Assembly (NCBI GenBank): GCA_049603835.1
Contig: JBMYSZ010000015.1
Span: forward strand, 19,576-83,575
Direction of reading: 5' to 3'
From: Mangrovicoccus sp.
Lineage (GTDB): Bacteria; Pseudomonadota; Alphaproteobacteria; Rhodobacterales; Rhodobacteraceae
Length of the DNA stretch: 64,000 nt
Part shown: positions 1 to 16,617 of the stretch, in pieces
How the letters are laid out: the number at the start of each line of letters is the position of its first letter
How positions within the stretch are numbered: position 1 is the first letter of the stretch
Position numbers and translations under genes: made by a program
The notes under the pieces: generated by a model
Told to the model about the DNA's origin: nothing
Database searches by the model: none
Seen by the model: only the letters and a program-made list of their open reading frames with translations

Positions 1-407
1 GTCAAGCAAACCCGTCCCCGCCGGTAGGTCCGGCACTGGGTCAGCGCGGCATCAATATCATGGAATTCTGTAAAGCGTTTAACGCGAAAACAGCCGATAT
101 GGAGCCGGGTGCGCCTTGCCCGACCATCATCACCTACTACCAGGACAAATCCTTCACCATGGATATCAAGACGCCGCCTGCGTCTTATTATCTGAAGAAA
201 GCAGCTGGCCTGAAGCCAGTGGGCAAGCGGAACCGTCCGCGTGGTGCAGAAAACCCCGGTCGTGAGACTGTGGCCTCTGTTACCGCCGCTCAGCTGCGTG
301 AAATCGCGGAAGCGAAAATGAAGGACCTGTCGGCCAATGATGTAGAAGCAGCAATGCAGATCATCCTGGGTTCGGCGAAGTCCATGGGTATCGAGGTGAA
401 GGGCTAA
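1..407 (+). CDS. rplK: 50S ribosomal protein L11, 5' truncated by the window edge
   Basis: The frame upstream of the ORF-track Met continues as ...[28 protein letters not shown]..., the conserved L11 N-domain. It sits directly upstream of rplA. Confidence 0.9.
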   Translation, partial: QANPSPPVGPALGQRGINIMEFCKAFNAKTADMEPGAPCPTIITYYQDKSFTMDIKTPPASYYLKKAAGLKPVGKRNRPRGAENPGRETVASVTAAQLREIAEAKMKDLSANDVEAAMQIILGSAKSMGIEVKG

Positions 408-411
408 GCGA

Positions 412-1110
412 ATGGCAAAACTCGGAAAACGTATCAAAGCCGCTCGCGAAGCTTTTCAGGGCAAAGCGGATGTAACCGTTGAAGAAGCGGTTGCGCTGGT
501 CAAAGGCAATGCGACAGCGAAATTTGACGAAACCGTCGAAATCGCGATGAATCTGGGCATTGACCCGCGTCACGCAGACCAGATGGTGCGCGGCGTTGTT
601 TCCCTGCCTAATGGCACTGGTAAATCTGTGCGTGTTGCAGTTTTCGCCCGTGGCCCGAAAGCGGAAGAAGCTCAGGCAGCTGGCGCGGATATCGTCGGCG
701 CCGAAGACCTGATGGAAACCATTCAGGGCGGCACTATCGATTTCGATCGCTGCATTGCGACCCCGGATATGATGCCGATCGTTGGTCGTCTGGGTAAAAT
801 CCTGGGCCCGCGTAACCTGATGCCGAACCCGAAAGTTGGCACTGTGACTATGGATGTCGCTGACGCGGTTTCCAAAGCCAAAGGCGGCGAAGTTCAGTTT
901 AAAGCTGAGAAAGCCGGTGTTGTGCATGCGGGTGTTGGCAAAGCATCCTTCGACGAAGCCAAGCTGGTTGAAAACATCCGTGCTTTTGTTGACGCGGTTG
1001 CTAAGGCCAAGCCGTCGGGCGCAAAAGGTGCTTATATGCAGAAAATCGCCGTAAGCTCCACCATGGGGCCAGGCGTGTCGATCAATGTGGATAGCGCCAC
1101 AGGCGAGTAA
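412..1110 (+). CDS. rplA: 50S ribosomal protein L1
   Basis: 232 aa with typical L1 sequence ([15 protein letters not shown]...). Placed in the rplK-rplA order. Confidence 0.95.
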   Translation: MAKLGKRIKAAREAFQGKADVTVEEAVALVKGNATAKFDETVEIAMNLGIDPRHADQMVRGVVSLPNGTGKSVRVAVFARGPKAEEAQAAGADIVGAEDLMETIQGGTIDFDRCIATPDMMPIVGRLGKILGPRNLMPNPKVGTVTMDVADAVSKAKGGEVQFKAEKAGVVHAGVGKASFDEAKLVENIRAFVDAVAKAKPSGAKGAYMQKIAVSSTMGPGVSINVDSATGE

Positions 1111-1137
1111 CTTTTTCCTCGCTGATTTGACAGTGAA

Positions 1138-1166
1138 GGCAGGGCTTTGCGGCTCTGCCTTTTTTC
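1138..1166 (+). terminator. Rho-independent terminator after rplA
   Basis: Hairpin GGCAGGGC-tttgcg-GCTCTGCC followed by TTTTTTC. Confidence 0.55.
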
Positions 1167-1284
1167 TTGCGCTAACCTGTCTGGGTGGGGCTTAAGGCTA
1201 TATTAAGCTCGTTCCGCCAGGAACTCATGCAAGCGCAGGGCCTCTGTTTTAGGGTGCCCGAGCGACTGAGGCGGGCGAAACGAG

Positions 1285-2157
1285 ATGGCGGAAATATCGA
1301 GTGGAGGCTTTTTTGCGGCTCCGTGCAGATTTGACAAAAGCTCTCGAGCGAATGGTTCGATAGAGCTTTTGCGCTTTGTCGGTGCGCTGGCGATCATAAA
1401 TTTCCATATGGGGTATCTCCAACCCGCTTGGTCTGTGTCGGCGCTTCAGCTCTTTGTTTTGCTTTTGGTGTTTCATGGGGTAGGGCGCGCCTTGCCGGAA
1501 CGGGCCGGGCGCCTTTTGCTCCCCTGGGTGTTTTGGAGTGCGATTTATGCAGGGCTTTTCGGGCTGCAGGCGGTTTTGGGTGGTGCGCCATTAGGTGACG
1601 TCTTTCAGCCTTGGATGATCCTGGCTGGTCCAAGTTTACATCTTTGGTTTCTGCCTTTTGGCCTTGGCTTTCTGGCGCTGTGCCGGGGACTACCGACGCT
1701 AATACTTGCCCCGATTTTGGGCTTGAGCTTGCTACTTCAGCTCGTCTTGCCCTATCCCACCAATCTGTCTGAACCTTTTGCGCAATGGTATTCGGTTTGG
1801 CCCATGGCGATTTTGGGGCTTGCATTGCCTATGGTTCAACGGTCTTGGCTCTTCGCTGCACTTGTGGGGCTTGGATTTTACCTGCTGAATGTTTTGGGGC
1901 ATTTCTCCTTTGCACTTCCATCAATGATCGCTTGCTTCCTGTTTGCTTTGGCTATGGCTGTTCGCCTTCCTTGCACGCCGGTGATCGGCTTTCTGGGGCA
2001 GATTTCCTTTGGGATGTATTTGGTGCATCCGATTTTCCATGCTGGATTTGAGCGGGCCTTCGATTTGTCCGGCGCCTCGCTTTTCTTTGCAATCGCGGGC
2101 GCTTCTGCTCTTGCCACTGCCGCGCTGCGCCCGATATTAGGGCCGAAACTTATCTAG
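1285..2157 (+). CDS. Acyltransferase family 3-like integral membrane protein (start uncertain)
   Basis: 290 aa, multi-TM, with T-rich membrane-protein codon bias. N-terminal ELLRFVGALAIINFH and C-terminal ISFGMYLVHPIF resemble the conserved acyltransferase-3 (OatA/ExoZ-type) motifs. Confidence 0.45.
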   Translation: MAEISSGGFFAAPCRFDKSSRANGSIELLRFVGALAIINFHMGYLQPAWSVSALQLFVLLLVFHGVGRALPERAGRLLLPWVFWSAIYAGLFGLQAVLGGAPLGDVFQPWMILAGPSLHLWFLPFGLGFLALCRGLPTLILAPILGLSLLLQLVLPYPTNLSEPFAQWYSVWPMAILGLALPMVQRSWLFAALVGLGFYLLNVLGHFSFALPSMIACFLFALAMAVRLPCTPVIGFLGQISFGMYLVHPIFHAGFERAFDLSGASLFFAIAGASALATAALRPILGPKLI

Positions 2158-2540
2158 GCGTCAGGTAAGACTGCTTTTTCCTTGCGAATACCCGGTGTGT
2201 TCAGGCTGCGACGCTTTGGCATCTGGAAAAATTGCGAGATGGTGGAATTTCCCCCTTTCCAAGCGATGCATTCATAGCTAGGTAACGAGCTTCGCACGGT
2301 CCGAATTTTGTGACGATTCGTGCGTTCTGTCCGAGATGGAGGGTGCGTCGAGCGCGATCTGCGGAAGCGGTGAACCGGGGCTTAATATTTCCTTCCTGAG
2401 ATGGGTATCGAGACGTTTCTCTGAGACCGGGCTCCCCGGTTCTTGGGCGATCTGGGCTCGGGACCATCACGGACCCGACCGCCGGGCTCGCCCGGCAAAT
2501 ATGAGCCGAGGGGGAAACCCCTCTAACTTGGAGTGAAACT

Positions 2541-3059
2541 GTGGATAGAGCCCAGAAAGAGCAAGTGGTCGAGGAACTCGGCCAGATCTTCGAAAGCTCT
2601 GGCGTTGTAGTGGTTGCCCACTATGCGGGTCTCACGGTTGCCGAAATGCAGGATCTTCGTGGGCGCATGCGCGCTGTCGAGGCATCCGTGCGTGTTGCCA
2701 AGAACCGGCTCGCCAAGATCGCCCTGAAGGGTCGCCCTGCGGAAGCAATGGGTGATCTGCTGACGGGTATGACTGTGCTGTCCTATTCCGAGGATCCTGT
2801 GGCTGCGGCCAAGGCTGCCGAGGATTTCGCCAAAGGGAACGATAAATTCGTGATCCTTGGCGGCGCAATGGGCGACACTGTTCTGGACCGTGCCGGTGTT
2901 GAAGCCGTCTCCAAAATGCCGTCCCGCGAGGAGCTTATCGCCTCCATCGTTGGCTGCATTGGGGCACCTGCTTCCAATATCGCCGGTGCAATTGGCGCGC
3001 CTGCAAGCAATATCGCTGGCATTCTTTCGACAATCGAGGAGCGCGGCGAGGCCGCGTGA
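2541..3059 (+). CDS. rplJ: 50S ribosomal protein L10 (GTG start)
   Basis: [40 protein letters not shown] is a typical L10 N-terminus. rplL follows. Confidence 0.93.
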   Translation: MDRAQKEQVVEELGQIFESSGVVVVAHYAGLTVAEMQDLRGRMRAVEASVRVAKNRLAKIALKGRPAEAMGDLLTGMTVLSYSEDPVAAAKAAEDFAKGNDKFVILGGAMGDTVLDRAGVEAVSKMPSREELIASIVGCIGAPASNIAGAIGAPASNIAGILSTIEERGEAA

Positions 3060-3124
3060 CGCTGGACCCGTGTGGGGTTGTAATCCTGCACGTTGGAACA
3101 CACTTAGAGAAACGGAACTGAGAA

Positions 3125-3508
3125 ATGGCTGATCTTAAAGCACTCGCAGAGCAAATCGTTGGTTTGACCCTGCTCGAAGCACAAGAACTGAAAACCATCC
3201 TGAAGGATGAGTATGGCATCGAGCCCGCAGCTGGCGGCGCTGTGATGATGGCTGGCCCGGCAGGCGGTGACGCCGGCGGCGCAGCTGAAGAAGAGAAAAC
3301 TGAATTTGACGTGATCCTGAAATCCGCCGGTGGCGAGAAAATCAAGGTCATCAAAGAAGTTCGCGGCATCACCGGTCTTGGCCTGAAAGAAGCGAAAGCT
3401 CTGGTCGAAGAAGGCGGCAAAGCTGTTAAAGAAGGTGTCGACAAAGCAGAAGCTGAAGACATCAAAGCGAAGCTCGAAGCGGTTGGCGCTGAAATCGAGC
3501 TGAAGTAA
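3125..3508 (+). CDS. rplL: 50S ribosomal protein L7/L12
   Basis: 127 aa with an Ala/Gly-rich hinge and the C-terminal [19 protein letters not shown] motif. Confidence 0.95.
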   Translation: MADLKALAEQIVGLTLLEAQELKTILKDEYGIEPAAGGAVMMAGPAGGDAGGAAEEEKTEFDVILKSAGGEKIKVIKEVRGITGLGLKEAKALVEEGGKAVKEGVDKAEAEDIKAKLEAVGAEIELK

Positions 3509-3753
3509 TCGCGCGCGCGGCGGTTGCGCTGCGCCTGTTGATTTGAATTTGGCTGGTTCCGGTATTGTGCCGGGGCCAGCCATCCGCGTCTTGGGCAGGG
3601 CCTCTGAAATGGGGTTTTGCCCAGGGTGCGGATTGGTCGAGCGGCCCTCTTCGGGAGGGGGGCCAAGGATGGACCAGACCCCCTGCTTTCGAGGCCCCGC
3701 CCGGCTGCCCCACCGGAGCGCGTGCCAGCGAAACATGAAAGGTGACAGCGCGC

Positions 3754-6700
3754 ATGGCTCAGTCCTTCCTTGGCCAGAAACGACTTCGCAAATACTATGG
3801 ACGCATTCGGGAAGTATTGGATCTGCCCGATTTGATCGGCGTCCAGAAAAGTTCCTATGATTTATTTCTTCGCTCTGGCGATAGTGAAACCCCGCTTGAC
3901 GGCGAGGGGATCATGGGTGTTTTCCAATCGGTCTTTCCGATCAAGGATTTCAACGAAACGGCAATTTTGGAGTTCGTAAAATACGAGCTGGAAAAGCCGA
4001 AATATGACGTTGAAGAATGTCAGCAGCGCGACATGACCTATAGCGCGCCTCTGAAGGTGACTTTGCGTCTCATCGTATTTGATGTGGATGAAGACACCGG
4101 CGCGAAATCGGTCAAGGACATCAAAGAACAAGATGTCTTTATGGGCGACATGCCTTTGATGACCCCGAATGGCACATTTGTTGTGAACGGCACCGAGCGG
4201 GTGATCGTTTCTCAGATGCACCGGTCGCCGGGTGTGTTCTTTGACCATGACAAAGGCAAAACCCATGCCTCGGGTAAGCTGCTCTTTGCGTGCCGGATTA
4301 TTCCGTATCGCGGCTCTTGGCTCGATTTCGAGTTTGACGCCAAGGATATCGTCTTTGCCCGTATCGACCGTCGCCGGAAATTGCCGGTCACCACGCTGCT
4401 TTACGCGCTTGGCCTGGACCAAGAAGGCATCTGTGACGCCTATTACGATACGGTCAATTTCTCGCTGGACGGCCATCGCGGCTGGGTGACGAAATTCTTC
4501 CCTGAGCGGGTGAAGGGCACGCGTCCGACTTATGACCTGATCGATGCGGCCACTGGCGAAGTGATCGCAGAGGCGGGCAAGAAAGTAACTCCGCGCGCAG
4601 TGAAGAAGCTGGTCGAAGAGGGGACTGTTACCGATCTGCTCGTACCTTTTGATCATATCATTGGCCGTTTCGTTGCCAAAGATATCATCAATGAAGAAAC
4701 CGGCGCGATCTATGTGGAAGCGGGCGATGAGCTGACTGTCGAATATGACAAAGACGGCGAAATCATCGGCGGCACGCTGAAAGACCTGATGGATGCGGGC
4801 ATCACGGATATCCCGGTGCTCGATATCGATAACATCAATGTCGGCCCCTATATGCGCAACACCATGGCCACCGATAAAAACATGAACCGCGAAAGCGCGC
4901 TCATGGATATTTATCGCGTCATGCGTCCGGGCGAGCCGCCGACCGTTGAAGCGGCCTCTGCTCTGTTTGATACGCTGTTCTTCGATAGCGAGCGCTATGA
5001 TCTCTCGGCTGTTGGCCGAGTGAAAATGAATATGCGTCTGGCTCTGGATGCGCCGGATACAATGCGGACCTTGCGCAAAGAAGACATCATTTCCTGCATC
5101 AAAGCGCTGGTCGAGCTGCGCGATGGCAAGGGCGAGGTCGATGATATTGACCACCTGGGCAATCGTCGTGTTCGCTCCGTTGGCGAGCTGATGGAAAACC
5201 AGTACCGCGTTGGTCTGTTGCGGATGGAGCGTGCGATCAAAGAGCGTATGTCCAGCGTCGAAATTGACACGGTCATGCCGCAAGACCTGATCAATGCGAA
5301 ACCGGCTGCCGCAGCGGTGCGTGAATTCTTTGGCTCTTCGCAGCTGTCGCAATTCATGGACCAAACTAACCCGCTTTCGGAAGTCACCCATAAACGCCGT
5401 CTTTCGGCGCTTGGGCCGGGCGGTCTGACCCGCGAGCGTGCTGGCTTTGAGGTGCGCGACGTTCACCCGACCCATTATGGCCGGATGTGTCCGATTGAAA
5501 CGCCGGAAGGTCCGAATATTGGTCTGATCAACTCGCTGGCGACGTTTGCGCGTGTCAACAAATATGGCTTTATCGAAACGCCTTATCGTAAGGTTATCGA
5601 TGGTCAGGTGACAGATGACGTAAGCTACATGTCCGCCACCGAAGAGATGCGGCATACTGTGGCTCAGGCCAATGCGAAGCTCGATGGTGAAGGCCGGTTC
5701 ATCAATGACCTGGTCTCGACCCGGAAGTCGGGCGAATATATGCTCAACCCGCCAGAAGTGGTGGATTTGATCGACGTTTCGCCCAAGCAGTTGGTCTCGG
5801 TTGCGGCCTCGCTTATTCCGTTCTTGGAAAATGACGACGCGAACCGGGCTCTGATGGGGTCGAACATGCAACGTCAGGCTGTTCCGCTTCTGCAAGCCAC
5901 CGCGCCGCTTGTTGGCACGGGGATCGAGCAGGTCGTCGCCCGCGATAGTGGTGCGGCGATCATGGCGAAACGCGGCGGGATCATCGACCAGGTTGACGCA
6001 ACCCGGATCGTTGTGCGCGCGACAGATAACCTAGAGCCGGGCGATCCGGGCGTGGATATCTATCGTATGCGGAAATTCCAGCGCTCGAACCAGAATACCT
6101 GCATCAACCAGCGTCCGCTGGTGAAAGTGGGTGATCGGGTCAGCAAGGGCGAAGTGATTGCCGATGGTCCGTCCACCGATATGGGGGAACTGGCGCTTGG
6201 CAAAAACGTCATCGTCGCCTTCATGCCGTGGAATGGCTATAACTACGAAGATAGTATCCTGATTTCCGAGCGTATTGTTCGCGACGACGTCTTCACCTCG
6301 GTGCATATTGAAGAATTCGAAGTCGCCGCACGGGACACCAAGCTTGGGCCCGAGGAAATCACCCGCGATATCCCGAATGTCGGCGAAGAAGCTCTGCGCA
6401 ATCTCGACGAGGCGGGGATCGTTTATATCGGTGCCGAAGTTGGCCCTGGCGACATCTTGGTGGGTAAAATCACCCCCAAAGGCGAAAGCCCGATGACCCC
6501 AGAGGAAAAACTTCTGCGCGCGATTTTCGGCGAAAAGGCCTCGGATGTGCGTGATACCTCCCTGCGCTTGCCGCCGGGGGATTACGGGACCATCGTGGAA
6601 GTTCGCGTCTTTAACCGCCATGGTGTGGATAAAGATGAGCGGGCGATTCAGATCGAGCGGGAAGAGGTCGAAAGCCTGTCGCGCGACCGTGATGACGAGC

Positions 6701-7890
6701 TGGCGATCCTGGACCGCAACATCTATGCGCGTCTGAAGGAAATGATCCTGGGCAAAGTGGCTGTCAAAGGTCCGCGCGGGGTTATGGCTGGTGGCGTGAT
6801 CACCGAAGATCTCTTGGCGAGCCTGTCCAAAGGTCAGTGGTGGCAGCTTGCCCTCGAAGAAGAAGCAGAGGCCCAGATGGTCGAAGCTTTGAACGCGCAA
6901 TATGAGGCCCAGAAACGGGCTCTTGACGCGCGCTTTGAGGATAAGGTCGAAAAAGTCCGCCGTGGCGATGATCTGCCGCCGGGTGTGATGAAAATGGTCA
7001 AAGTCTTTGTCGCGGTGAAGCGTAAGCTGCAGCCGGGAGATAAGATGGCCGGTCGTCACGGCAACAAAGGGGTTATCTCCCGCGTTGTTCCCATGGAAGA
7101 CATGCCCTTCCTGTCCGATGGCACCCCGGTTGATTTCGTGCTGAACCCGCTGGGCGTTCCGTCGCGGATGAATGTCGGTCAGATTTTGGAAACCCATATG
7201 GGCTGGGCCTCGCGCGGCTTGGGGATCCAGATCGATGAAGCGCTCAATGAGTACCGCTATTCTGGCGATCTCACACCTGTGCGGGATGCGATGAAATTCG
7301 TCTATGGCGATGAAGTCTATGACGAAGGCATCGCGGATATGGATGATACCGAATTGCTGGAAGCAGCCGGTAATGTCCGGGGCGGTGTGCCGATTGCGAC
7401 CCCTGTTTTCGACGGGGCGAAGGAAGCGGAAATCAATGATGCGCTGGTGCGAGCCGGTTTCTCCACCTCGGGTCAGTCGGATCTATTCGACGGGCGTACA
7501 GGCGAGAAATTCAGCCGTCAGGTAACTGTGGGCGTGAAATATCTGCTCAAGCTTCACCACTTGGTTGATGACAAAATCCACGCGCGGTCCACTGGCCCGT
7601 ACAGCTTGGTCACCCAGCAGCCGCTGGGCGGTAAGGCGCAGTTCGGCGGTCAGCGTTTCGGGGAAATGGAGGTTTGGGCTCTGGAAGCTTACGGCGCTGC
7701 ATACACCCTGCAAGAAATGCTGACGGTGAAGTCGGATGACGTGGCAGGCCGGACCAAGGTCTATGAAAGCATCGTGAAGGGCGAGGATAATTTTGAAGCC
7801 GGCGTGCCGGAATCCTTCAATGTTCTCGTCAAAGAGGTCCGGGGTCTGGGCCTCAATATGGAACTCCTGGACGCAGAGGATGCCGAATAA
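3754..7890 (+). CDS. rpoB: DNA-directed RNA polymerase subunit beta
   Basis: About 1378 aa from [16 protein letters not shown]. The ORF track begins 12 nt earlier at a GTG. RpoB motifs are conserved throughout. Confidence 0.97.
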   Translation: MAQSFLGQKRLRKYYGRIREVLDLPDLIGVQKSSYDLFLRSGDSETPLDGEGIMGVFQSVFPIKDFNETAILEFVKYELEKPKYDVEECQQRDMTYSAPLKVTLRLIVFDVDEDTGAKSVKDIKEQDVFMGDMPLMTPNGTFVVNGTERVIVSQMHRSPGVFFDHDKGKTHASGKLLFACRIIPYRGSWLDFEFDAKDIVFARIDRRRKLPVTTLLYALGLDQEGICDAYYDTVNFSLDGHRGWVTKFFPERVKGTRPTYDLIDAATGEVIAEAGKKVTPRAVKKLVEEGTVTDLLVPFDHIIGRFVAKDIINEETGAIYVEAGDELTVEYDKDGEIIGGTLKDLMDAGITDIPVLDIDNINVGPYMRNTMATDKNMNRESALMDIYRVMRPGEPPTVEAASALFDTLFFDSERYDLSAVGRVKMNMRLALDAPDTMRTLRKEDIISCIKALVELRDGKGEVDDIDHLGNRRVRSVGELMENQYRVGLLRMERAIKERMSSVEIDTVMPQDLINAKPAAAAVREFFGSSQLSQFMDQTNPLSEVTHKRRLSALGPGGLTRERAGFEVRDVHPTHYGRMCPIETPEGPNIGLINSLATFARVNKYGFIETPYRKVIDGQVTDDVSYMSATEEMRHTVAQANAKLDGEGRFINDLVSTRKSGEYMLNPPEVVDLIDVSPKQLVSVAASLIPFLENDDANRALMGSNMQRQAVPLLQATAPLVGTGIEQVVARDSGAAIMAKRGGIIDQVDATRIVVRATDNLEPGDPGVDIYRMRKFQRSNQNTCINQRPLVKVGDRVSKGEVIADGPSTDMGELALGKNVIVAFMPWNGYNYEDSILISERIVRDDVFTSVHIEEFEVAARDTKLGPEEITRDIPNVGEEALRNLDEAGIVYIGAEVGPGDILVGKITPKGESPMTPEEKLLRAIFGEKASDVRDTSLRLPPGDYGTIVEVRVFNRHGVDKDERAIQIEREEVESLSRDRDDELAILDRNIYARLKEMILGKVAVKGPRGVMAGGVITEDLLASLSKGQWWQLALEEEAEAQMVEALNAQYEAQKRALDARFEDKVEKVRRGDDLPPGVMKMVKVFVAVKRKLQPGDKMAGRHGNKGVISRVVPMEDMPFLSDGTPVDFVLNPLGVPSRMNVGQILETHMGWASRGLGIQIDEALNEYRYSGDLTPVRDAMKFVYGDEVYDEGIADMDDTELLEAAGNVRGGVPIATPVFDGAKEAEINDALVRAGFSTSGQSDLFDGRTGEKFSRQVTVGVKYLLKLHHLVDDKIHARSTGPYSLVTQQPLGGKAQFGGQRFGEMEVWALEAYGAAYTLQEMLTVKSDDVAGRTKVYESIVKGEDNFEAGVPESFNVLVKEVRGLGLNMELLDAEDAE

Positions 7891-7891
7891 C

Positions 7892-7946
7892 GGTGGGCTT
7901 AAGCCCACCCTACTCTTCGTGGTGTAGGGTGGGCAATTTGCCCACC
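7892..7946. repeat. Inverted pair of a REP-like palindromic element (GGTGGGCTTAAGCCCACCCTAC ... GTAGGGTGGGCAATTTGCCCACC)
   Basis: Two 22-23 bp palindromic units in opposite orientation in the rpoB-rpoC intergenic region. The same unit recurs at five other sites in the window. Confidence 0.6.
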
Positions 7947-7974
7947 GCCTCTGCCCATTTTCAAGGATTGCCCA

Positions 7975-12267
<4,293 letters not shown>

Positions 12268-12289
12268 GCGTTTAGACGCGACTGAAAAC

Positions 12290-12328
12290 GGGGGCTGCCG
12301 GTGCGACACTGGCGGCCCCTTTTTTTTG
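12290..12328 (+). terminator. Rho-independent terminator after rpoC
   Basis: GC-rich hairpin GGGGGCTGCCGG...CTGGCGGCCCC followed by T8. Confidence 0.7.
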
Positions 12329-12430
12329 TGGAAATGACATACTGTTTCGGGAAATTATGACTTTGTTACCCTTGAGAGGAAGCTATAAGCGTCCTCAACA
12401 GTTTAAGTATGAAATAAAGGGGCTGGCAGA

Positions 12431-13078
12431 ATGCTTCAGTTGAGAAAGACACTCGCGCTAATTCTGATACTTGCAGCAGGGCAAGCATCGGCAAATTCGT
12501 GCAATGATAATCTAGAACGCATGATGCAAAATATGTGTGGGGATTTTGCGACGACAGCAGGGGGCCGCGCGGTTCAGCAAGTCGAGGCAGCGGTTCAGGC
12601 GAATTTCAGCAATGCGCTATTGCGCTTCATTGGTGCCGATGTGAGCGGGGGCGCGCAAGCCGCTTATGCAAATGCGCAAGACCGCTGGGAGGGTTACCCC
12701 CAGGATCAGATCCGGGCGATTCAAGAAGAGATCCGAGCTTGTAAGCTGCAAGCCGCGCAAATGTTTGCGGATCAGTTCTGCTCGACCGCGCCGAATACCA
12801 GCACCCCTGTTTCAAGCGCGCCGCAGCAAAGCCAGGCTGGCGCAGATTGGATCGCGGCGGTTATTCGGGATGATGACGGATATACCAATGTCCGCCAGGG
12901 ACCTAGCACTAGTTTTCCAATTGTGAGCCCGATCAATGACGGTACGATCTTTGCGGTGCAGCCCAGTGGCGAACGTTGGTGGAAAATCCGCTTTGCCTAT
13001 GCGCCGGAATATCGCCGTGCGCCCAGCGAGGTGATCGAAGGCTATATGCATGTCTCTCGCATCCAGGCTTTGCATTAA
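12431..13078 (+). CDS. Secreted hypothetical protein with a C-terminal bacterial SH3-like domain
   Basis: Signal peptide MLQLRKTLALILILAAGQASA. The C-terminal segment (YTNVRQGPSTSFPIVSPINDGTIFAV...WWKIRF) resembles SH3b. It is preceded by an AT-rich promoter-like region. Confidence 0.5.
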   Translation: MLQLRKTLALILILAAGQASANSCNDNLERMMQNMCGDFATTAGGRAVQQVEAAVQANFSNALLRFIGADVSGGAQAAYANAQDRWEGYPQDQIRAIQEEIRACKLQAAQMFADQFCSTAPNTSTPVSSAPQQSQAGADWIAAVIRDDDGYTNVRQGPSTSFPIVSPINDGTIFAVQPSGERWWKIRFAYAPEYRRAPSEVIEGYMHVSRIQALH

Positions 13079-13230
13079 GACCGCCACTTATACGGGCCCG
13101 CTCTGTCGGAGCCTGTGAGACAGACGGAAAACGCAGCCCCCGACTGCTGCGTTTTCTATTTTGATTCCTCGTCGTTTCGCCCCTAAAAGGGCAGGGGGCA
13201 GAGTAATCCACAGCTAAGCCCCGCTTCTTG

Positions 13231-13259
13231 TTGACAAGCCTGGCGACTCTGCATATACG
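13231..13259 (+). promoter_or_regulatory. Candidate sigma-70-type promoter for the str operon (TTGACA-17-TATACG)
   Basis: A consensus -35 hexamer and a 4/6 -10 hexamer lie about 240 nt upstream of rpsL. Confidence 0.3.
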
Positions 13260-13500
13260 CCGCCCAATCGCGTTGGGCGTTTTGCGCCTTCGACGCTTTC
13301 CATCGATGTAAGCGGTCATGATCCGGGCCCTAGAAAGCTCCGATCCTCTGAGGACCCACCGTGGCGTGCCCGGCTTTCGGGACGGTGCGGTTTTTGCGCT
13401 TTTTCCGGGCGACCGGTCAAGGCGACTCAGGGACCCAACGCACGGGTTGGTGCGCGAGAGACGACGAACAGAAACTGAGCAAAGCGGAGAAGACCCCGGA

Positions 13501-13872
13501 ATGCCAACTATTCAACAGCTGATCCGCAAGCCGCGGCAGCCTAAAATCAAGCGCTCCAAGTCGCAGCACTTGGAATCTTGCCCTCAGAAGCGCGGCGTTT
13601 GCACACGCGTTTACACCACCACTCCGAAAAAGCCGAACTCGGCGATGCGGAAAGTGGCCAAGGTGCGTTTGACCAATGGTTACGAAGTGATCAGCTATAT
13701 CCCGGGTGAAAGCCACAACCTGCAAGAGCACTCTGTTGTTCTGATCCGTGGCGGCCGGGTAAAAGACCTTCCGGGTGTGCGTTACCACATTCTGCGCGGT
13801 GTTCTGGATACCCAGGGCGTCAAAGATCGTAAGCAGCGTCGCTCCAAATACGGCGCGAAGCGTCCTAAGTAA
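13501..13872 (+). CDS. rpsL: 30S ribosomal protein S12
   Basis: [13 protein letters not shown]... 123 aa. The ORF-track extension upstream of this Met is not conserved S12 sequence. Confidence 0.95.
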   Translation: MPTIQQLIRKPRQPKIKRSKSQHLESCPQKRGVCTRVYTTTPKKPNSAMRKVAKVRLTNGYEVISYIPGESHNLQEHSVVLIRGGRVKDLPGVRYHILRGVLDTQGVKDRKQRRSKYGAKRPK

Positions 13873-14364
<492 letters not shown>

Positions 14365-14398
14365 AAATTGAACCTCCACGCCTGAAGGACACTCCCCC

Positions 14399-16516
14399 AT
14401 GGCACGTGAATATCCCCTAGAGCGGTACCGGAACTTCGGTATCATGGCCCATATCGACGCTGGTAAAACCACCACGTCGGAGCGGATCTTGTACTACACC
14501 GGTAAGTCCCACAATATCGGCGAAGTGCATGACGGCGCCGCGACTATGGACTGGATGGAGCAAGAGCAAGAGCGCGGTATCACCATTACCTCGGCTGCGA
14601 CCACCACCTTCTGGGAACGCACCGAAAACGGCACCGAAGCTCAGACTGAAAAGCACCGTTTCAACATCATCGACACCCCAGGCCACGTTGACTTCACCAT
14701 TGAAGTTGAGCGTTCCTTGGCGGTTCTTGATGGCGCTGTTTGTGTGCTTGATGCGAATGCAGGCGTGGAGCCGCAGACTGAAACCGTATGGCGTCAGGCT
14801 GACCGCTACAAAGTTCCGCGTATCGTTTTTGTCAACAAAATGGACAAAATCGGCGCTGACTTCTTCAACTGCCACAAAATGATCGAAGATCGTACCGGTG
14901 CCCGCGCGGTTCCGGTTGCTATTCCGATCGGCGCAGAAACCGAGCTGGAAGGCCTGCTCGATCTGGTGCTGATGAAAGAATGGCTGTGGAAAGGCGACGA
15001 TCTGGGCGCGACCTGGGAACTGGTCGACATCCGTCCGGAACTGCAAGACCAAGCTGACGAATGGCGTGAAGTCATGATCGAAGCTGCGGTCGAGATGGAC
15101 GAAGACGCCATGGAAGCCTATCTCGAAGGCAATGAGCCCGATGTAGAGACCCTGCGCGCGCTTATCCGTAAGGGCTGCTTGTCTATGTCCTTCGTTCCGA
15201 TGCTGGGCGGTTCTGCGTTCAAAAACAAAGGTGTTCAGCCGCTTCTGAACGCTGTGATCGACTATCTGCCGAGCCCGCTCGACGTTGTTGATTACATGGG
15301 CTTTAAGCCGGGCGACGAAGAAGAAGTTCGTGACATCGCACGTCGTGCGGAAGACGATATGCCGTTCGCTGGCCTGGCGTTCAAAATCATGAACGACCCC
15401 TTTGTTGGCTCGCTGACCTTCACTCGGATCTATTCCGGCGTGATGAACAAAGGCGACAGCATTCTGAACTCGACCAAGGGTAAGAAAGAGCGCATCGGTC
15501 GTATGATGATGATGCACTCCAACAACCGGGAAGAGATCGAAGAAGCCTTCGCAGGCGACATCATCGCGCTGGCGGGTCTGAAAGACACCACCACAGGTGA
15601 CACGCTGTGCGACATCAAAGATCCGGTGGTTCTGGAAACCATGACCTTCCCGGATCCGGTGATCGAGATCGCGGTTGAGCCGAAAACCAAAGGCGACCAA
15701 GAGAAAATGTCTCAGGGTCTGGCCCGTCTGGCGGCCGAAGATCCGTCCTTCCGTGTGGAAACTGACCTGGAATCTGGTCAGACCATCATGAAAGGTATGG
15801 GCGAACTTCACCTGGACATCCTGGTTGACCGTCTGAAGCGTGAATTTAAGGTTGAAGCGAATATTGGTGCGCCTCAGGTGGCCTATCGCGAAACCATCTC
15901 CCACGCGGCAGATGTCGATTACACCCACAAGAAACAGTCGGGTGGTTCCGGTCAGTTCGCGCGCGTCAAGCTGGAAATTCAGCCAACCGAAGCAGGCGAG
16001 GGCTATTCTTTCGAAAGCCGCATCGTTGGTGGTGCTGTTCCGAAGGAATATATCCCGGGTGTTGAAAAAGGCATCCAGTCGGTTATGGATAGCGGCCCTC
16101 TGGCTGGCTTCCCGGTTATCGACTTCAAAGTGGCTCTGGTTGACGGCGCGTTCCACGATGTGGACTCCAGCGTTCTCGCCTTCGAAATCGCGGCACGTGC
16201 CGGGATGCGCGAAGGTCTGAAGAAAGCGGGCGCGAAACTGCTTGAGCCGATGATGAAAGTGGAAGTGATCACGCCGGAAGAGTACACCGGTGGTATCATT
16301 GGTGACTTGACCTCTCGTCGTGGTCAGGTGTCCGGTCAGGAACCGCGCGGCAATGCGGTTGCGATCGACGCTTTCGTGCCGCTGGCAAATATGTTCGGCT
16401 ACATCAACACCTTGCGGTCGATGTCGTCGGGTCGTGCCCAGTTCACCATGCAGTTCGATCACTATGATCCGGTGCCGTCGAACATCTCGGACGAAATTCA
16501 GGCGAAATACGCGTAA
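14399..16516 (+). CDS. fusA: Elongation factor G
   Basis: 705 aa with GTPase motifs [17 protein letters not shown] and NKMD. Confidence 0.97.
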   Translation: MAREYPLERYRNFGIMAHIDAGKTTTSERILYYTGKSHNIGEVHDGAATMDWMEQEQERGITITSAATTTFWERTENGTEAQTEKHRFNIIDTPGHVDFTIEVERSLAVLDGAVCVLDANAGVEPQTETVWRQADRYKVPRIVFVNKMDKIGADFFNCHKMIEDRTGARAVPVAIPIGAETELEGLLDLVLMKEWLWKGDDLGATWELVDIRPELQDQADEWREVMIEAAVEMDEDAMEAYLEGNEPDVETLRALIRKGCLSMSFVPMLGGSAFKNKGVQPLLNAVIDYLPSPLDVVDYMGFKPGDEEEVRDIARRAEDDMPFAGLAFKIMNDPFVGSLTFTRIYSGVMNKGDSILNSTKGKKERIGRMMMMHSNNREEIEEAFAGDIIALAGLKDTTTGDTLCDIKDPVVLETMTFPDPVIEIAVEPKTKGDQEKMSQGLARLAAEDPSFRVETDLESGQTIMKGMGELHLDILVDRLKREFKVEANIGAPQVAYRETISHAADVDYTHKKQSGGSGQFARVKLEIQPTEAGEGYSFESRIVGGAVPKEYIPGVEKGIQSVMDSGPLAGFPVIDFKVALVDGAFHDVDSSVLAFEIAARAGMREGLKKAGAKLLEPMMKVEVITPEEYTGGIIGDLTSRRGQVSGQEPRGNAVAIDAFVPLANMFGYINTLRSMSSGRAQFTMQFDHYDPVPSNISDEIQAKYA

Positions 16517-16534
16517 GCGCATGCTTGACCCGGT

Positions 16535-16592
16535 GGTGGGCAAATTGCCCACCCTACCCAATCCCCGTAGGGTGAGCGCTTGAGGCTCACCG
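16535..16592. repeat. REP-like element (GGTGGGCAAATTGCCCACCCTAC) plus an adjacent degenerate inverted arm
   Basis: Perfect 23-bp unit followed by GTAGGGTGAGCGCTTGAGGCTCACC, in the fusA-tuf intergenic region. Confidence 0.55.
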
Positions 16593-16617
16593 CTGGCGAA
16601 AATAACAGGAGGCCATC

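Noticed and set aside
2523-3736. Minus-strand ORFs overlapping rplJ/rplL (2523-3101, 2935-3666, 3104-3736)
   Set aside because: They are antisense to conserved r-protein genes with no motif support, so they are treated as GC-driven spurious ORFs.
3742-3753. Possible GTG start for rpoB 12 nt upstream of ATG 3754
   Set aside because: Conserved RpoB N-termini begin MAQSFLGQK... The upstream VTAR extension has no homology support. The ATG is preferred, though the GTG cannot be formally excluded.
12431-13078. Possibility that the SH3b-domain ORF between rpoC and rpsL is a second foreign insertion like the Panacea island
   Set aside because: - Composition is only mildly lower than the host.
- There are no flanking repeats.
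- rpoBC and str operons are separate transcription units in many bacteria.
- It is kept as a feature but not promoted to an insertion claim.
13318-13500. ORF-track N-terminal extension of rpsL (184-aa version starting 13318)
   Set aside because: S12 is universally about 123 aa and begins [10 protein letters not shown]. The extension is a non-conserved Arg-rich read-through of the leader.
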